The notes beneath the pieces are model-generated. The model saw only the letters and a program-made list of their open reading frames with translations. It had not been told where the DNA came from and did not search any database. The translations under genes and the position numbers were made by a program. From Octopus vulgaris (taxonomy: Eukaryota): a stretch of DNA of 64,000 bases. The stretch is from the NCBI GenBank assembly GCA_951406725.2, contig OX597816.1, forward strand, positions 8,494,001-8,558,000. The letters are read 5' to 3'. Shown here piece after piece: positions 1 through 13,228 of the stretch; position 1 is the first letter of the stretch, and every line of letters starts with the position of its first letter.

Positions 1-438
1 TGCCGCTGGACTGACTCCTGTGCAGGTGGCAAGTAAAGAAACACCGTTTCAACCCTGTCCTTGAAGAGACCTATTGAGTCAAGTACATCAACATCAAAAT
101 AAATATCAAATGGAAATTGTAGTTGTGATACCTGTGCCAGTGGCACATAAAAAGCATCATCTGAACATGGCTGATGCCAGCGCCGCCTTGACTGGCCTCC
201 GTGCCAGTGGCACGTAAAAAGCACCAACCGATCGTGGCCATTGCCAGCCTTGCCTGGCACATAAAAAGCACCCACTACACTCTCAGAGTGGTTGGCATTA
301 GGAAGGGCATCCAGCTGTAGAAAAACTGCCAGATCAGACTGGAGCCTGGTGCAGCCTTCTGACTTCCCAGACCCCGGTTGAACTGTCCAACCCATGCTAG
401 CATGGAAAACAGACGTTAAATGATGATGATGATGATGA
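1..438 (+). mobile_element. RTE LINE 3'-end copy, (GAT)n tail
   Basis: Similar to the 3' UTR of the RTE at 29161-29660; ends gacgttaaa(tga)n. Confidence 0.8.
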
Positions 439-519
439 AACTATGGTAGACAGAAGTTTACATTATTTGTTCCTACATACGTTTCACTATTATGGTTGTT
501 TGGAACCCTGCTCTGAATG

Positions 520-750
520 GGTTGATGAGGCTCAGAAATAATGATCCCAAGAAAGCAATGCACACCATGTTTCCATCATATCTGATGATCCTGGGGGTTG
601 TGACCTCACTTCTCTCAGGATCACTGCTACTATCTGCATCATATTGCTGAACATTGGTGGTCAAGCTCTGGATCAAATAGGTGGGTGGGTGGTGAAGAAG
701 CATGTTCCAGCAAGACTATAATCCACATGGCCCTCACAACTCAATGGTCA
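520..750 (+). pseudogene. Degraded Tc1/mariner-superfamily (maT-like) transposase fragment
   Basis: Broken frames give MHTMFPSYLMILGVV and MFQQD, like the MHTKFP..VMVLGVV and FQQD motifs of these transposases. Confidence 0.4.
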
Positions 751-1538
751 GTTAAAGTTGAGGCAGTGTCACATGACAACTTGCTGGGGCTACCTGCTGG
801 AGCCTAGCAGTAGGTATTTAAAGGGAGATTTGACAAGTCAGTCAGTCACCGGCTGATACTACATCGAAGAGGCCAGGGAACAGAAGAAAGAAGACATGCA
901 CCCAACACCAGAGCTGAAGACGCGTCCGAAAGGGGTGGGGCCTTGCCACATCAAAACAGTAGAGGAGTAGGGGCCGAAACCGGACTGGGTTCCTCCTGAT
1001 GGTGTCTTGAGCTAACTGGATCCTATAAAGGAGCTGTTGTGGTAGCAGACCACGAAACACGGCTGAAATTCCTTGCTGGTTGAAAGTTTTACACAATCAT
1101 ATAACTCTTAACAGGTGGGGCAGCCCAGTTGCTATCATCATTGGAAGAGGGGCATGGTGTAAAGGGCTTAGTGGGGATTGTCATGGTGAGTGATGTGGAT
1201 GGCAGGCACCTGACCCTAGCATTTCGTCACTTCTGGGGATAGGAACACTGTTTCTTTCATGTTTTTTTTTTGTTGAACCATGTGCCATTTTTCTAGAAGT
1301 ATTGTTTCTTGTTTTGTTTTCTCCACAGTTGCCTGGCGCATTCCATAAGCATTGTCAGTATGCACTTCAGATATGAAATTGATAGTCAGGAAACGATAAT
1401 CTTAACAACCTGTCTTAAACATTTAATCTTATTGTATAGTTCATAAAAAAGATGTATTTCATTTGTTACTTTTATTGGTTGTCAATAATTTTGGGTACGC
1501 ACACATTTTGTTGACTCTATTTTTTATTTTATTTTCAG

Positions 1539-1617
1539 GTATGTACAAGAACAGTTAGATATTGGCCACTTTGATGTTAACTACCATGTTTTTGCAAAGA
1601 TATTTGAGAATTTCAAG
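1539..1617 (+). CDS. SF3B2: SF3B2 coding exon (first visible in window)
   Basis: ttttcag acceptor, gtatgt donor; encodes YVQEQLDIGHFDVNYHVFAKIFENFK, resembling SF3B2 EYV...F.RIFEAFK. Confidence 0.88.
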
Positions 1618-2608
1618 GTATGTATTAGGATTTAGGAAGTCATATGAAAAGTATTTTACTAATTTTTGTTTTATATTGCACAATATTTTCATGTTTGAAG
1701 ACAAGAATTAACTTCCGAGCAACATTTGCAAAGCCCACAGCAATTGCAATCACATGAATGTTTACAGTGAAGGAAGAGTTGTGATTTTATTTCCTAATAT
1801 ACTGTATTTGTAAGGTTACACTATACTTTATAAATAAATTACAGCTGGAGACGAATTGTTAAGCATTTGCAATAAAGTTAAAGCAAAATTATTTAGACTT
1901 CTAGGTATGCTTTGATCAAATTGGTGTATGTTGGGGCAACATTTGTTCTCATTACAGCCCTAGATATTTATTTGTAAATGCTGATATTGATATTGAAAAA
2001 TTATTTTGTAGGATGAATTTAACTTGTATGAAATTAATCTTTTTTATGTTTTGTGTGAGATTACAAGGGTAATTTAGCTGTTAAAATAAATCATTTGCTT
2101 TAAAAAATGTAATTTGTTCGTAGTCATCACTTTCCAAAGCGATCTTCTATTTTGTAAGCTTAATCCTAATTCTAGAAAAACTGATCTTTTCTGCTTTGAT
2201 TTTATATTCAAACATATGTGAAGTCAGAGTTGCAATTATTTTGTGTCTCTTTATCCAATGAGTTTTACCAAAAATTGACTTCCACTCTTCAGCATTCAGA
2301 TTTCTCTGTCAGATGTGATGCTTTGTTTCGAATTAGTCATGAATTATCTCAAAGCCTCAAGAGATTGATGTGATTGTTTATGTTTAAAATGACATTGTAG
2401 GGTTAGGGTAGGTGTGCGTGGCTGGATTTGGCCAGTTTGGACATAAAATAGAATATTTGGGTCTGATATGGCTGGTTTAAATGCTAAGGGGTTAAAACGT
2501 TTTGTTTGGTTTTTTTTTTGAATTTCTGGAATAATGAATGTAGTTGTATAATTCTTATCATTTCTATATTTTCCATAATTTGTTTTTTTTTTTTTATTTC
2601 TTCTGAAG

Positions 2609-2725
2609 ATTGCAGATCCTGAAAAACCAAAAGATTTCCAAAGACCAGAAGAAAGAAGAGAAGAGGAAAAAAAACCTGAAGAAGTCCCTATAAAGGCTCG
2701 GGGACTCATTATAGATGATGATGAA
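2609..2725 (+). CDS. SF3B2: SF3B2 coding exon
   Basis: Polypyrimidine tract + ag, gtgagt donor; 39 codons IADPEKPKDFQ...IIDDDE in frame with neighbours. Confidence 0.8.
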
Positions 2726-3061
2726 GTGAGTTACTTCCTCCCCCCTTTTTTTTTTTTTTATTATCACCGTTATAGCATTCAGTCTTTATTGTAGGTGGCA
2801 GCAGCACCATTGTTGTTTTACGTTCGTACCATATGCTGATATGGATAGGAGAGTTCAATGGGTGGGTGGACCACGTTTTCATATGCCCTTCCTTATATCA
2901 ACTGTTTTACAGATTGTACAGGCAGCAGTGGTTTGGATGGTTTGTTGAGGGTCCAAGACGGGTCTTATTGGAGTTAGGTTTTTTGTTGAAAGAGGGTGGT
3001 TGAGGAGACAATAACTGAGGCACCTTTTCCTTCTTTGGACACTAAACTCTGCTTGCGAAGA

Positions 3062-3612
3062 CCTGTTGAGGCAAGTGAAATCAAAATCAAATTTGATGAC
3101 TGGCATCAGTGCTAGCAGGGTGCAAAGAGCACCAAAAAAGCACCATACGAGGGCGATCATTGACAGAGCGGCTAACCGGCTTCCGTGCCAGTGGCACATA
3201 AAAGGCACCATTCAAGTGCGATCGTTACCCGTGCTAGTAGGGTGCTAGGAGCACCATCCGAGCGTGATAGTTGCCAGAGCGGCTAACTGGCCTCCGTGCT
3301 GGTGGCACGTAAAAGGCACCATTCGAGTGTGATCGTTACCAGCGTCGCCTTACTGGCACCTGTGCCGGTGGCATGTGTAAAAGGATTCGAGTGAGGTTGT
3401 TGCCAGTACCGCCTGACTGGCCCCCGTGCCGGTGGCACATAAAAAGCACCCACTACACTCTCGGAGTGGTTGGCATTAGGAAGGACATCCAGCTGTAGAA
3501 ACCCTGCCAGATCAGATTGGAGCCTGGTGCAGCCATCTGGTTGGCCAGCCCTCAGTCAAATCGTCCAACCCATGCTAGCATGGAAAGCGGACGTTAAACA
3601 ATGATGACGATG
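3062..3612 (+). mobile_element. RTE 3'-end copy in SF3B2 intron
   Basis: Repeated GTGCC(G/A)GTGGCAC modules; ends ggacgttaaac..gatgacgatg. Confidence 0.8.
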
Positions 3613-4133
3613 TTAGGGGAGGGAGTAACAGGAGTGTTAGGGATCAGATAGTATCAAGAGTTAGTGAGACGGGGTGACGTGAGGGTTGAGTAGAAGGAAA
3701 AGCATTGTTACCACATCCTTGTACATGGATGGGTGAAGTACTGCATGAATGAAAGATAAAATATGGCTAATAGAAAGGAAAGGGAAAAGTAGAGTCAAGG
3801 GGTCGTTGAGAGATAAGGGTAGTGGAGAAGGGTTGGGTAGGAGGTGATTCAGTGCTACTTCAGGTTTTGGTTGGGGAAAGTGGAGCATCATCATCATCAT
3901 TGGTGCATAGATGGAGAGATAAGGTGGTAGTGATGGTGATGGTGGGTCAGGATCATCATCATTTAATGTCTGCTTTCCGTGCTGGTATGGGTTGGACAGT
4001 TTGATAATAGCTGGCAAACTGGAGGGCTGCACCAGGCCCCAGTCATCTTGTTTTGGCATGGTTATTTGTTTACTGTGGTTTGTCTCCAGGAGTGTTTCTG
4101 TTTGACCTTCTCTTTTTAAGTTATATTTTGTTG

Positions 4134-4323
4134 TTAACCCTTTTGTTACCAACCCGGCTGAAACCGGTTCTGGCTCTGTAGTACAAATGTCTTGTTTTCA
4201 TAAGTTTTGAATTAAAATTTTCCACCAAACCTTAGTCACAATTTTTGTTCCTAACACTAGCTGAATGATAATTAAATTGAAACACAGAGCATCTCTAAAT
4301 AAATACAGTAACAAAAGGGTTAA
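4134..4323. mobile_element. piggyBac-type MITE (monomer)
   Basis: TTAA|CCCTTTTGTTAC...GTAACAAAAGGG|TTAA terminal inverted repeats with TTAA target site. Confidence 0.85.
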
Positions 4324-4418
4324 ATTTATTTAGGTGTTTATCTTTTTGGCTGTTGAATAATTTCATTGTCAAACGAATCAAGTTTATTCAATAGAACATT
4401 GCATTATTTCTCTAACAG

Positions 4419-4505
4419 GACTTAGTGGCTGACGACGAGGTACCAAAGTTATCAAAGAAGAAGTTGAAGAAACTCACTCGCTTGAGTATTGCACAATTAA
4501 AACAG
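4419..4505 (+). CDS. SF3B2: SF3B2 coding exon
   Basis: ctaacag/gtaagt; DLVADDEVPKLSKKKLKKLTRLSIAQLKQ matches the SF3B2 KLSKKKL...LKQ motif. Confidence 0.93.
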
Positions 4506-4796
4506 GTAAGTTTTCAAGGTTTCTGTGATGTTTGGTAACTTATAAACTTATAAAATGTACCCTAAGAAAAATTGCTGTGCCCGTGCACCTTCCAAATTTT
4601 ACCTGACTAGTGAAGTCAATGCAATTCATGATCAGCTGAGACAGGGAGGTGTATGTTCAGGCCTGTAGTATTGGGGGAAAAAATTGTTTCTATTGTTGAG
4701 CATATAATGAGCTGAAGAAAGGACCGGTCACATCAAAAAATGAGATACACACACCCCAGAAAATGAGACACACACATAGACATACACACACCAGAA

Positions 4797-5035
4797 GGCA
4801 GTTAGCTGGCAGAAAGGTTAGCACGCCGGGCGAAGTGCTTAGCGGTATTTCGTCTGCCGTTACGTTCTGAGTTCAAATTCCACCGAGGTCGACTTTGCCT
4901 TTCATCCTTTCAGGGGTCGATAAATTAAGTACTAGTTACGCACTGGGGTCGATGTAATCGACTTAATCCCTTTGTCTGTCCTTGTTTGTCCCCTCTAGGG
5001 TGTACCCCCCGAGTGGGCAATAAAGAAATAAGAAA
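4797..5035 (+). mobile_element. tRNA-derived SINE family C (Meta-domain-like); further copies ~6411-6605, 10395-10630, 11395-11631, 19495-19905(-), 38955-39285, 58048-58270(-)
   Basis: Pol III A box TGGCAGAA, B box GAGTTCAAATTCC, then GACTTTGCCTTTCATCCTTTC.GGGTCGATAAATTAAGTAC resembling the MetaSINE central domain. Confidence 0.8.
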
Positions 5036-5217
5036 TTGAGAGATGCACATACAAACACGGTAACGCGTAGACATGCATACACATACAATCACACACATGT
5101 ATAAATATAGAAACACTAAAGCATATTAATGGTTTCTGATTGTTGAGAGCATTTTGCAGGGAGGTGGGATTTATGTTGAAAGGAGGAGAAAAAGGACAAA
5201 AGAAGTATCCAGAACAT

Positions 5218-5431
5218 TTTTACTCTTTTACTTGTTTCAGTCATTTGACTGTGGCCATGCTGGAGCACCGCCTTTAGTCGAGCAAATCAACTCCGGGACT
5301 TATTCTTTGTAAGCCCAGTACCTATACTTTCGGTCTCTTTTGCCGAACCGCTAAGTGACAGGGACGTAAACACACCAGCATCGGTTGTCAAGCAATGCTA
5401 GGGGGACAAACACAGACACACACACATACAA

Positions 5432-5469
<38 letters not shown>

Positions 5470-5631
5470 GACAGGCTTCTTTCAGTTTCCGTCTATCAAA
5501 TCCACTCACAAGGCATTGGTCGACCCGGGGCTATAGTAGAAGACACTTGCCCAAGATGCCACGCAGTGAGACTGAACCCACAACCATGTGGCTGGTTAGC
5601 AAGCTACTTACCACACAGCCACTCCTGCGCC
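5218..5631 (-). mobile_element. tRNA-derived SINE family B (~400 bp, (TAAAAGAG)n tail)
   Basis: On - strand: A box TGGCTGTGTGG, B box GGTTCAGTC, CTTGGGCAAGTGTC core, internal (TA)/(TG) microsatellite; about 20 copies in window. Confidence 0.85.
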
Positions 5632-5719
5632 TCTGATCAATATCCTTGACTTTTGTTTTAAAAGCTCTCATTCTCAAAATGGAAATAACATTTTATGTAT
5701 TTTTTAATTTTTTGTCTAG

Positions 5720-5794
5720 CTTGTGTCAAGACCTGATGTAGTGGAGATGCATGATGCTACAGCTCAGGATCCAAGACTGCTTGTACAACTCAAA
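5720..5794 (+). CDS. SF3B2: SF3B2 coding exon
   Basis: tctag/gtaagt; LVSRPDVVEMHDATAQDPRLLVQLK. Confidence 0.95.
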
Positions 5795-7104
5795 GTAAGT
5801 TGTTCTTTGTTCTCTTTGCTTGAAATTTATTGGCAACTTTATTCTTTGCCACCTTCTACACTGCAAAAGAAGAATGGCTTTTTTTTTTTTTTTTTTTTTT
5901 GGTTACAGAAAATACATAATGATGTTATTGTTTAAAATTTTTTGAAAATATTTGGGTTTAATAAAACAGGATAGTGTGTGTGTGTGTGTGCACTTTATGC
6001 GACTGTCGTTCTACATAGGCATCATATGGCCATCCCAACACACTCTTCTTCTTTGCACATTGTGTCTCCTTCTTCTTGTACATCAACTTTATACATCCTG
6101 CAAAAGATGCTCTCTTCATTTCTCTTTACTCTCACAAATCCTCTGCATTGAAAGACCATGTCTCCTGTGTTTCTTGACCAGATGTGATCATTTAGCTTTT
6201 TCTTCTTACCATAGGCTGATCGTTGAGAGGATTTTGGTGTTGCCTTGGCAGAGGTTTGCGCTCTCTGAGTGCTTTTGCTTACTTTTGTTTTTAATTGAAA
6301 AAAAAAAAAAAAAAAAGAACGAAATTTTGCAATGAAATGAATGATAAACCCAGCACTTCATCTGCTAAACGAGCAAGGCCTAGACTCTTTACAATTGAAG
6401 AAATTATTGATGGCAAGCTGGCAGAATCGTTAGCATGCCGCGCGAAATGCGTAGCCGTATTTCTTCTGCCGTTACGTTCTGAGTTCAAATTCCGACGAGG
6501 TCGACTTTTCCTTTCATCCTTTCGGGGTCGATGTAATCGACTTAATCCGTTTGTCTGTCCCCTCTGTGTTTAGCCCCTTTGAGGGTAGTTAAGAAATAGG
6601 TATTTATTCTTTGGACAAAGATTTTTACTCTTACGCAGACAATTAGAATAATTTGAGCAATCAGACTGGTGAAAGTGATGAGGAAAGTAAAGATTTGGGT
6701 GAACAAAGACAATAGTTGAGAGAGAGGCCTATTACTGTGATTCTCCTGAATTTTTTTGCGATTCTCTCTATTAGTTGGCTTGCAGTCATTCATCTTGAGC
6801 AGTATACACAACTATTTATTTTTGTCTGCTCAGGAGCCCAGGTGGAGGGTAAAGTTAGACAAGGACTCAGGTTTGAGGGGGTTAAATTACTATTCTTTGT
6901 TATAGTTCTCCAATTGTTCAACCCTAATAATCATCTTTAAATATCTATAAATGATTAAAATTTTAAAATTTTAAAATTGCTTTATCTAATATCTTTGAGT
7001 GCAGTCTAATTATAATTGTTTCATGAAGTTATTTGGTCGATAAATTTAATTTTTGGATTGGATTATATTTACTGTTCTTATATTTTACGTTTGTTTTGCT
7101 TCAG

Positions 7105-7257
7105 GCTACCAGGAATACGGTTCCAGTCCCACGTCATTGGTGTTTTAAGAGTAAATACCTGCAAGGAAAGAGAGGTATTGAAAAGCCGCCTTTTGAACTG
7201 CCAGATTTTATCAAAGCTACTGGAATTATGGAAATGAGAGCTGCTTTGGCTGAAAAG
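7105..7257 (+). CDS. SF3B2: SF3B2 coding exon (DUF382 region)
   Basis: ttcag/gtagga; ATRNTVPVPRHWCFKSKYLQGKRGIEKPPFELPDFIKATGIMEMRAALAEK. Confidence 0.96.
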
Positions 7258-7282
7258 GTAGGACCATTAAATTATTTACATA

Positions 7283-7694
7283 TAGTGCTAGTGGGGCACT
7301 AAGAGCAGGCATCCGTGCTAATGGGGCACTAAGAGCACCATCTGAGCATGATCGTTGCCAGAGCGGCTAACTGGCTTCCATGCTGGTGGCACGTAAAAGG
7401 CACCATTTGAGCATGATCATTACCAGCGTCACCTTACTGGCACTTGTGCCGGTGGAACATAAAAAAACATTTGAGTGAGGTCGTTGCCAGTACCGCCTGA
7501 CTGGCCCCCATGCTGGTGGCTCGTAAAAGCACCCACTACATTCTCAGAGTGGTTGGCGTTAGGAAGGGCATCCAGCTGTAGAAACTCTGGCAGATCTGAT
7601 TGGAGTCTGGTGTAGCCATCTGATTCACCAGACCTCAGTCAAATCGTCCAACCCATGCTAGCATAGAAAGCGGATGTTAAATGATGATGATGAT
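7283..7694 (+). mobile_element. RTE 3'-end copy
   Basis: Same modules and (GAT)n tail as 3062-3612. Confidence 0.8.
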
Positions 7695-8135
7695 TAAAAA
7701 GCATGATGAGGGTACCACATAAAAAGCACCCATTACACTTTCTAACGAGGTTGGCATTAAGGAAGAGCATTAGAAACCAAGCCAGAAACAGACTATGGAA
7801 CCTGGTGTGGGCCCTGACCTTGCCGGCTCCTGTCCAACCATCCAACCAATGCCAAAATGGAAAATGGACTTTAAATGATGATGATAATAGGCATAGTTGT
7901 ACGGTTAAGATGTTCACTTCCCAACATTGTGGTTTTGGGTTCAATACCATTGTAAGGCACCTTGAGCAAGTGTCTTTTACTGTAGCTCCAGGGCTGACCA
8001 AGGCTTTGCAAGGGATTTGGGCAACAGGATTTGAAATATTTGACTTAGCTCCACCCATGCTACTATTCACTTTTTTGGCGGGTTATATTCTTCTCTACAG
8101 TTTTATGAAGCATTTTTATGGATTGTATTTTCCAG

Positions 8136-8285
8136 GAAGATCAGAAAACCTTGAAAGCAAAGATGCGTGAAAAAGTGCGTCCTAAACTCGGCAAGATTGA
8201 TATTGATTACCAAAAACTCCATGATGCCTTCTTCCGATGGCAAACCAAACCCAAATTGACCATTCATGGGGATCTTTATTACGAG
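8136..8285 (+). CDS. SF3B2: SF3B2 coding exon (DUF382 region)
   Basis: tccag/gtaaat; EDQKTLKAKMREKVRPKLGKIDIDYQKLHDAFFRWQTKPKLTIHGDLYYE. Confidence 0.96.
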
Positions 8286-8769
8286 GTAAATTCTGACTTT
8301 TTTTTTTCATGTTTTGTTTTTCGTTTTTAAATTTTTTATCAAATCAGAAGTTGAATTTTTTTTTTTTAAGTGTTTTACATTTTCTCTGCCTAAATGCAAA
8401 CATGCAAAGAATACAATGAAGTCGAGTATCTTTGAATTGAATATTATCATTTGAGCGAGGTTGTTGCCAGTGCCGCTAGACTGGCTCCTGTGCAGGTGGC
8501 ACATAAAAAGCACTATTTGAGTGTGGCCGTTGCCAGTACTGCCTGACTGGCCCTCGTGCCAGTGGCACGTAAAAACACCCACTACACTCTTGGTGATGTT
8601 GGCGTTAGGAAGGGCATTCAGCTGTAGAAACTCTGCCAGATCAAGATTGGAGCCTGGTGCAGCCATCTGGTTTGCCAGACCTCAGTCAAATCGTCCAACC
8701 CATGCTAGCATGGAAAGCAGACGTCTGGGTAAAAAATTGTATAAGGTTAATCTTATGTAATCATTACAT

Positions 8770-9135
8770 TATTAACCATCTTACAAATAATAACTCTGAG
8801 CACCTTTTCAAACTCCACCTGTCTAACACCTGTGGACATGTTTACAAAGTCAGAAAACAGCACAGCTCCCATGACTTTCGGAAACATTTTTTCATGCTAA
8901 GAGTTGCTGGCATCAGTTGTTAGTTGCCGGAGCACTGCATCCTTCAAAACTTCCATGCTTTCTGAGATTCGCCAACACTACACCTGATTTTCTCCCCTCC
9001 ATACACACGCAAGCATGTATCTGACTCATACACTGTTCGCTTCCCAGACATTTGTGCATTACTGCATATGTTTTATAAGCACTTTTGACAAGTTGTGGTG
9101 CACCTGAGCACTGTATACAATAATTTCATTATTAT
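8770..9135 (+). mobile_element. CR1-clade LINE 3' fragment
   Basis: SNTCGHVYKV...RKHFFMLRV like the CR1 ORF2 C-terminus; (ATT)n tail; related copies at 40482, 45588, 48215, 62955. Confidence 0.75.
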
Positions 9136-9833
9136 AACAGTCACTGAAACATTTATAAGAATAGGAAGGGCATCCAGCTGTAGAAACTCTGCCAAATCAA
9201 GACTGGAGCCTGGTGCAGCCATATGGTTCGCCAGTCCTCAGTCAAATTGTCCAACCCATGACAGCATGGAAAGCGGACGTTAAACGATGATGATGTTATA
9301 AATCTATAATTTAAACATTCACTTGTCTTGTACTCTATGACTTCTGTTGCTGATGAGTCTCCAGTGAAATAACTCAGATTTTCTTCTCGGTCATCATTTT
9401 GGAGTGTAATGCAATATATGGAGTTTTATGTTGTGTGCTTAAATATAAGTATGACACACACACACACACACACACACGTGCCAGATTCACAAATGTTCCC
9501 TTAACCACCTACACCTCAACTCACCTCTCACAGTTGTCCCCTTTGCTACTCACACCTCAAGTAACCTTTTCCTGCTTTCCTGTAAGTGACCATCTCATTG
9601 AAATACATTCTTTTTCTCTCCATTTTTTTTGTTCTCTCTTCATCTATTCTTTCTGTTACAAGAACATTGGCTCAAGACATGAAAGATTTTCCATTTATTT
9701 TTACAGAGCGTAAAACTAATAGACATTTTGTGTTTATTTTTGTTTTACCTTGTCTTCATGTCATCTATAATTTTTGTACTGTGTGTGTGTATATCTATCT
9801 ATATCTATGTCTTCTTATGACTTGATATTTCAG

Positions 9834-9923
9834 GGTAAAGAATTTGAGACACGTCTAAAAGAGAAAAAACCTGGTAATCTATCTGATGAACTGAGAACAG
9901 CCCTAGGCATGCCAGTCGGTCCA
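9834..9923 (+). CDS. SF3B2: SF3B2 coding exon (start of PSP domain)
   Basis: tttcag/gtaagt; GKEFETRLKEKKPGNLSDELRTALGMPVGP. Confidence 0.96.
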
Positions 9924-10639
9924 GTAAGTTATTTTAATGTATTTATTTATGAATTTCTACATATATTTATTAACCAATTTCTATTTTTCAAGAGTCTGTT
10001 TGTAACAATCCAACTTATCCCATTATCAAGGGTATTATTTTAGCTTTTGTGCAGCTGCAGTTCAATTCCAATTAAGTTGGCTCATTAATTACAGCTTGTT
10101 GGTCAAATGATTAAGTGTTCCTTCAAGCTTTATTCTTCAACTTTTCTTTCCTTACCCAACTTCTTCCTTGTTCTCCTCCTTTTCCTCACCTTTATCGTAC
10201 TCTTTTCCCCATCATCACACCTTATGACTAGAAAACTATATTGAAATGTGCAAAACCTTGAACCTCTTTTCTTTCTTTTTTAAGCTTTGTATTCATTCTA
10301 TTGTCTTTATTTTTTGCCATTTTGCCAAACCACTAAGTTAAAAGGATATAAACACACCAACACCAGTTGTCAAATGGTATTGGGACAGTATTACGGTGGC
10401 GAGCTGGCAGAATCGTTAGCACGCCGGGCAAAATGCGTAGCGGTGTTTCGTCTGCTGTTACGTTCTGAGTTCAAATTCTGCCGAGGTCGACTTTGCCTTT
10501 CATCCTTTTGGGGTCGATAGATTAAGTACCAGTTACGCTCTGGGGTCGATGTAATCGACTTAATCCCTTTGTCTGTCCTTGTTTGTCCTCTCTGTGTTTA
10601 GCCCTTTGTGGGTAGTAAAGAAATAGGTATTGGGACAGA

Positions 10640-11060
10640 CACACACACACACATGGCCAAGCAGTTTGAGCTGATGCTTCCAAATCATTCAAACAACGAG
10701 GCACATCCCTGAGCAGAGTGGTTGATTGGATACAAAATCCAACCGATGGTAACCCATAATCCTGCAAAGTACCCTAGTGGCTAAGGGGTTCAGATGTATC
10801 CTAAGGGCCTAGGAAAGTGTCCAAGTCTCACAAGTATAGAGCAGGACAGGGAGGACCAGAGGGCTGCAGATTTTCTCTTCACTGAGGATCTGGCTGGGTT
10901 GATGGCTTGTGTTGGTCGACCACATTCCACATGGTCGTGGCAGATGAGGAGGTATCTCACAGAGAGGAGGACTGACCGGGACTCTACTTGATGGGTCGTC
11001 TGAGAGGACCCAGGAATATATCAACAACTGTGCATACCCCACCATCTGACCTTCAGTACC
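10640..11060 (-). pseudogene. Degraded RTE-clade ORF2 C-terminal fragment
   Basis: LVLPVLLYTCETWTLS resembles the RTE V.PVLLYG.ETW motif. Confidence 0.55.
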
Positions 11061-11713
11061 TATATATATATAAAGAAATATATACAACATATTCTTTCAG
11101 TTTCCGTCTACCAAATCCACTCACTAGGCTTTGGTTGGCCCAAGGCTATAGTAGAAGACACTTGCCCAAGGTGCCATGCAGAGGGACTGAACCCAGAACC
11201 ATGTGGTTGGGAAGCTCTCCTTAAACCTGGTGCTTCTCCTGTCAGTTTCCTTTTACTGAACTTGAGGATGTAAACAAACCAACATTGGTTGTGAAGCAGT
11301 GATAGAGGACAAACACAAGGGGAAACACACACACACACACACATTCTTTTATCGTTCTGAGCCATTGCTCTTTGGTACTATATTTAGGTGCATAAGGCAG
11401 CGAGCTAGCAGAAACATTAGCACGCTGGGCGAAATGCATAGCCGTATTTCGTCAGCTGTTACGTTCTGAGTTCAAATTCTTCCGAGGTCGACTTTGCCTT
11501 TCATCCTTTTGGGGTTGATAAATTAAGTACCAGTTACGCACTGGGGTCGATGTAATCGACTTAATCCGTTTGTCTGTCCTTGTTTGTCTCCTCTGTGTTT
11601 AGCCCCTTGTGGGTAATAAAGAAATAGGTATTCAGGTGCAGGTGCCCTCATACTAAATGTTCTGAAGATTGTATTTCATCATCTTTTTTTTTTTTTTTTT
11701 CTCCCTATTTCAG

Positions 11714-11821
11714 AATTCAGAGAAAGTTCCCCCGCCGTGGTTGATCGCTATGCAACGATATGGACCTCCTCCATCCTACCCAAATCTCAAGATCCCTGGC
11801 TTGAATGCACCAATCCCAGAA
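11714..11821 (+). CDS. SF3B2: SF3B2 coding exon (PSP domain)
   Basis: tttcag/gtatgt; NSEKVPPPWLIAMQRYGPPPSYPNLKIPGLNAPIPE. Confidence 0.96.
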
Positions 11822-12689
11822 GTATGTATTAAACTTTTTGTTGCCTTTCGAGATTTATGCACAACCTTCTTTTTTCCTACTTCATAGTCCTTTGATTAAC
11901 CTGAACAACTGGATTAGCTTTCTAGAATTCTTTATTCAGGAACAACAACAACAACACAAAACTTTCACAAACTTTACAACTGACAGACTTCATAATTTTT
12001 GGTGACCTTCCTTGTTAATTATACGACATTTCCTGTTTCACTGACATTCTACTTCCTTTACCAGAAAGGTTTTCAACATGGGCAGTATTCCCCACACCCA
12101 GGAAGCTCTGGGCATGCCAGGTGTGTTAGGCTTTAGGGGGCAGTGAGATAATATAATTAACATACTAAATTTTACCTATAATAGTAATTCAGTGTGGAGT
12201 TTCAATTTCTGACTAAGTAACAGAATAAATTTGCAGTGAGTCAAAGAGGGGATTTGTGACTTCTTTTCACTAACATGGAACTTGATGGAGAAAATTTAGA
12301 TAGATGTCATCAGACACAGGAACATCACTTATTCGCAATGTACAGAGGAGGAAATTTATAACTTATATCTTTCATCATCATCATCATCGTGCATTATTGT
12401 GCAAAATTGTCCGAGAAAAAGTTGTTTTTTTTTTCACCACAACAAAACACACACACACTGAAGTGTCTCTGTCGTAACTTGAGCTACTACAAATAGCAAC
12501 CAAATCTCTCCTAAAACAAACGCTTTCATGAAAAGAAAGGCACAAATTTACAGTTTTACAGGAAGAAAGAAAAACCCAAAACTATGCAATGGGTCTGCTA
12601 TATCAGAGGCAACTCTGGGCTAAACAAAACACAGACAAACATACTTCATACTAAAAAAGTTGACAGTATATTTTTGAAGTTTCATTCCC

Positions 12690-12926
12690 TGGTAAGACTC
12701 CCTGTATTTTAAGAGTGTGTTCAGGGAGAGTTACCTCCCTTAGCTAAAGCCCTCAAAATTATGTGACCGGACCTTGTTTTTGAAGTTATTTTGTAGTAAA
12801 AAAGAGTTGTGCAAAAAACATCATTACTGAATCTTTTGAAACCTCATGCGTCAAAATCGGCAACCCAGTTTTCGAATCCATAAGGAACATACACACACGC
12901 ACACAAACTCTGTTTTATTATAAGAT
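12690..12926 (-). mobile_element. Helitron-like 5' fragment
   Basis: - strand starts A|TCTTATAATAAAAC then (TG)n; contains AAGGGAGGTAACTCTC, nearly identical to the repeat motif of the 41824 element. Confidence 0.4.
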
Positions 12927-13019
12927 TTTGAACAGCTTTGAGATACTTTGTAAATCTTATTACTGAGAAACAGTTTATGAATAATAAAACTATTATAATT
13001 GTTATTTTTTAAATTACAG

Positions 13020-13127
13020 TCATGTTCATTCGGTTATCATGCTGGCGGTTGGGGTAAACCTCCTGTTGACGAATCAGGCAAGCCATTGTATGGTGATGTT
13101 TTTGGTACCCAAAGTGGAGAATTCCAG
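13020..13127 (+). CDS. SF3B2: SF3B2 coding exon (absent from ORF track)
   Basis: ttacag/gtaaat; SCSFGYHAGGWGKPPVDESGKPLYGDVFGTQSGEFQ. Confidence 0.96.
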
Positions 13128-13228
13128 GTAAATATCAGGTTTCTTGTATTTTTGTTTCCTTTATGAAACTGTTATGTCCGTTTTCTCATTTCTCAATCTG
13201 TTAACAAATGTTAGATAAGAAAAGGGCT

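Noticed and set aside
842-1096. Minus-strand 84-aa ORF, possibly a LINE ORF1 remnant
   Set aside because: Motif similarity too weak to support a call
7150-7152. Ser (AGT) where human SF3B2 has Arg, as a possible recoding site
   Set aside because: A-to-I editing of AGT gives Gly, not Arg; likely an ordinary substitution
9340-9385. CTGATGA...GAAA hammerhead-like motif
   Set aside because: No convincing stem I, II or III pairing
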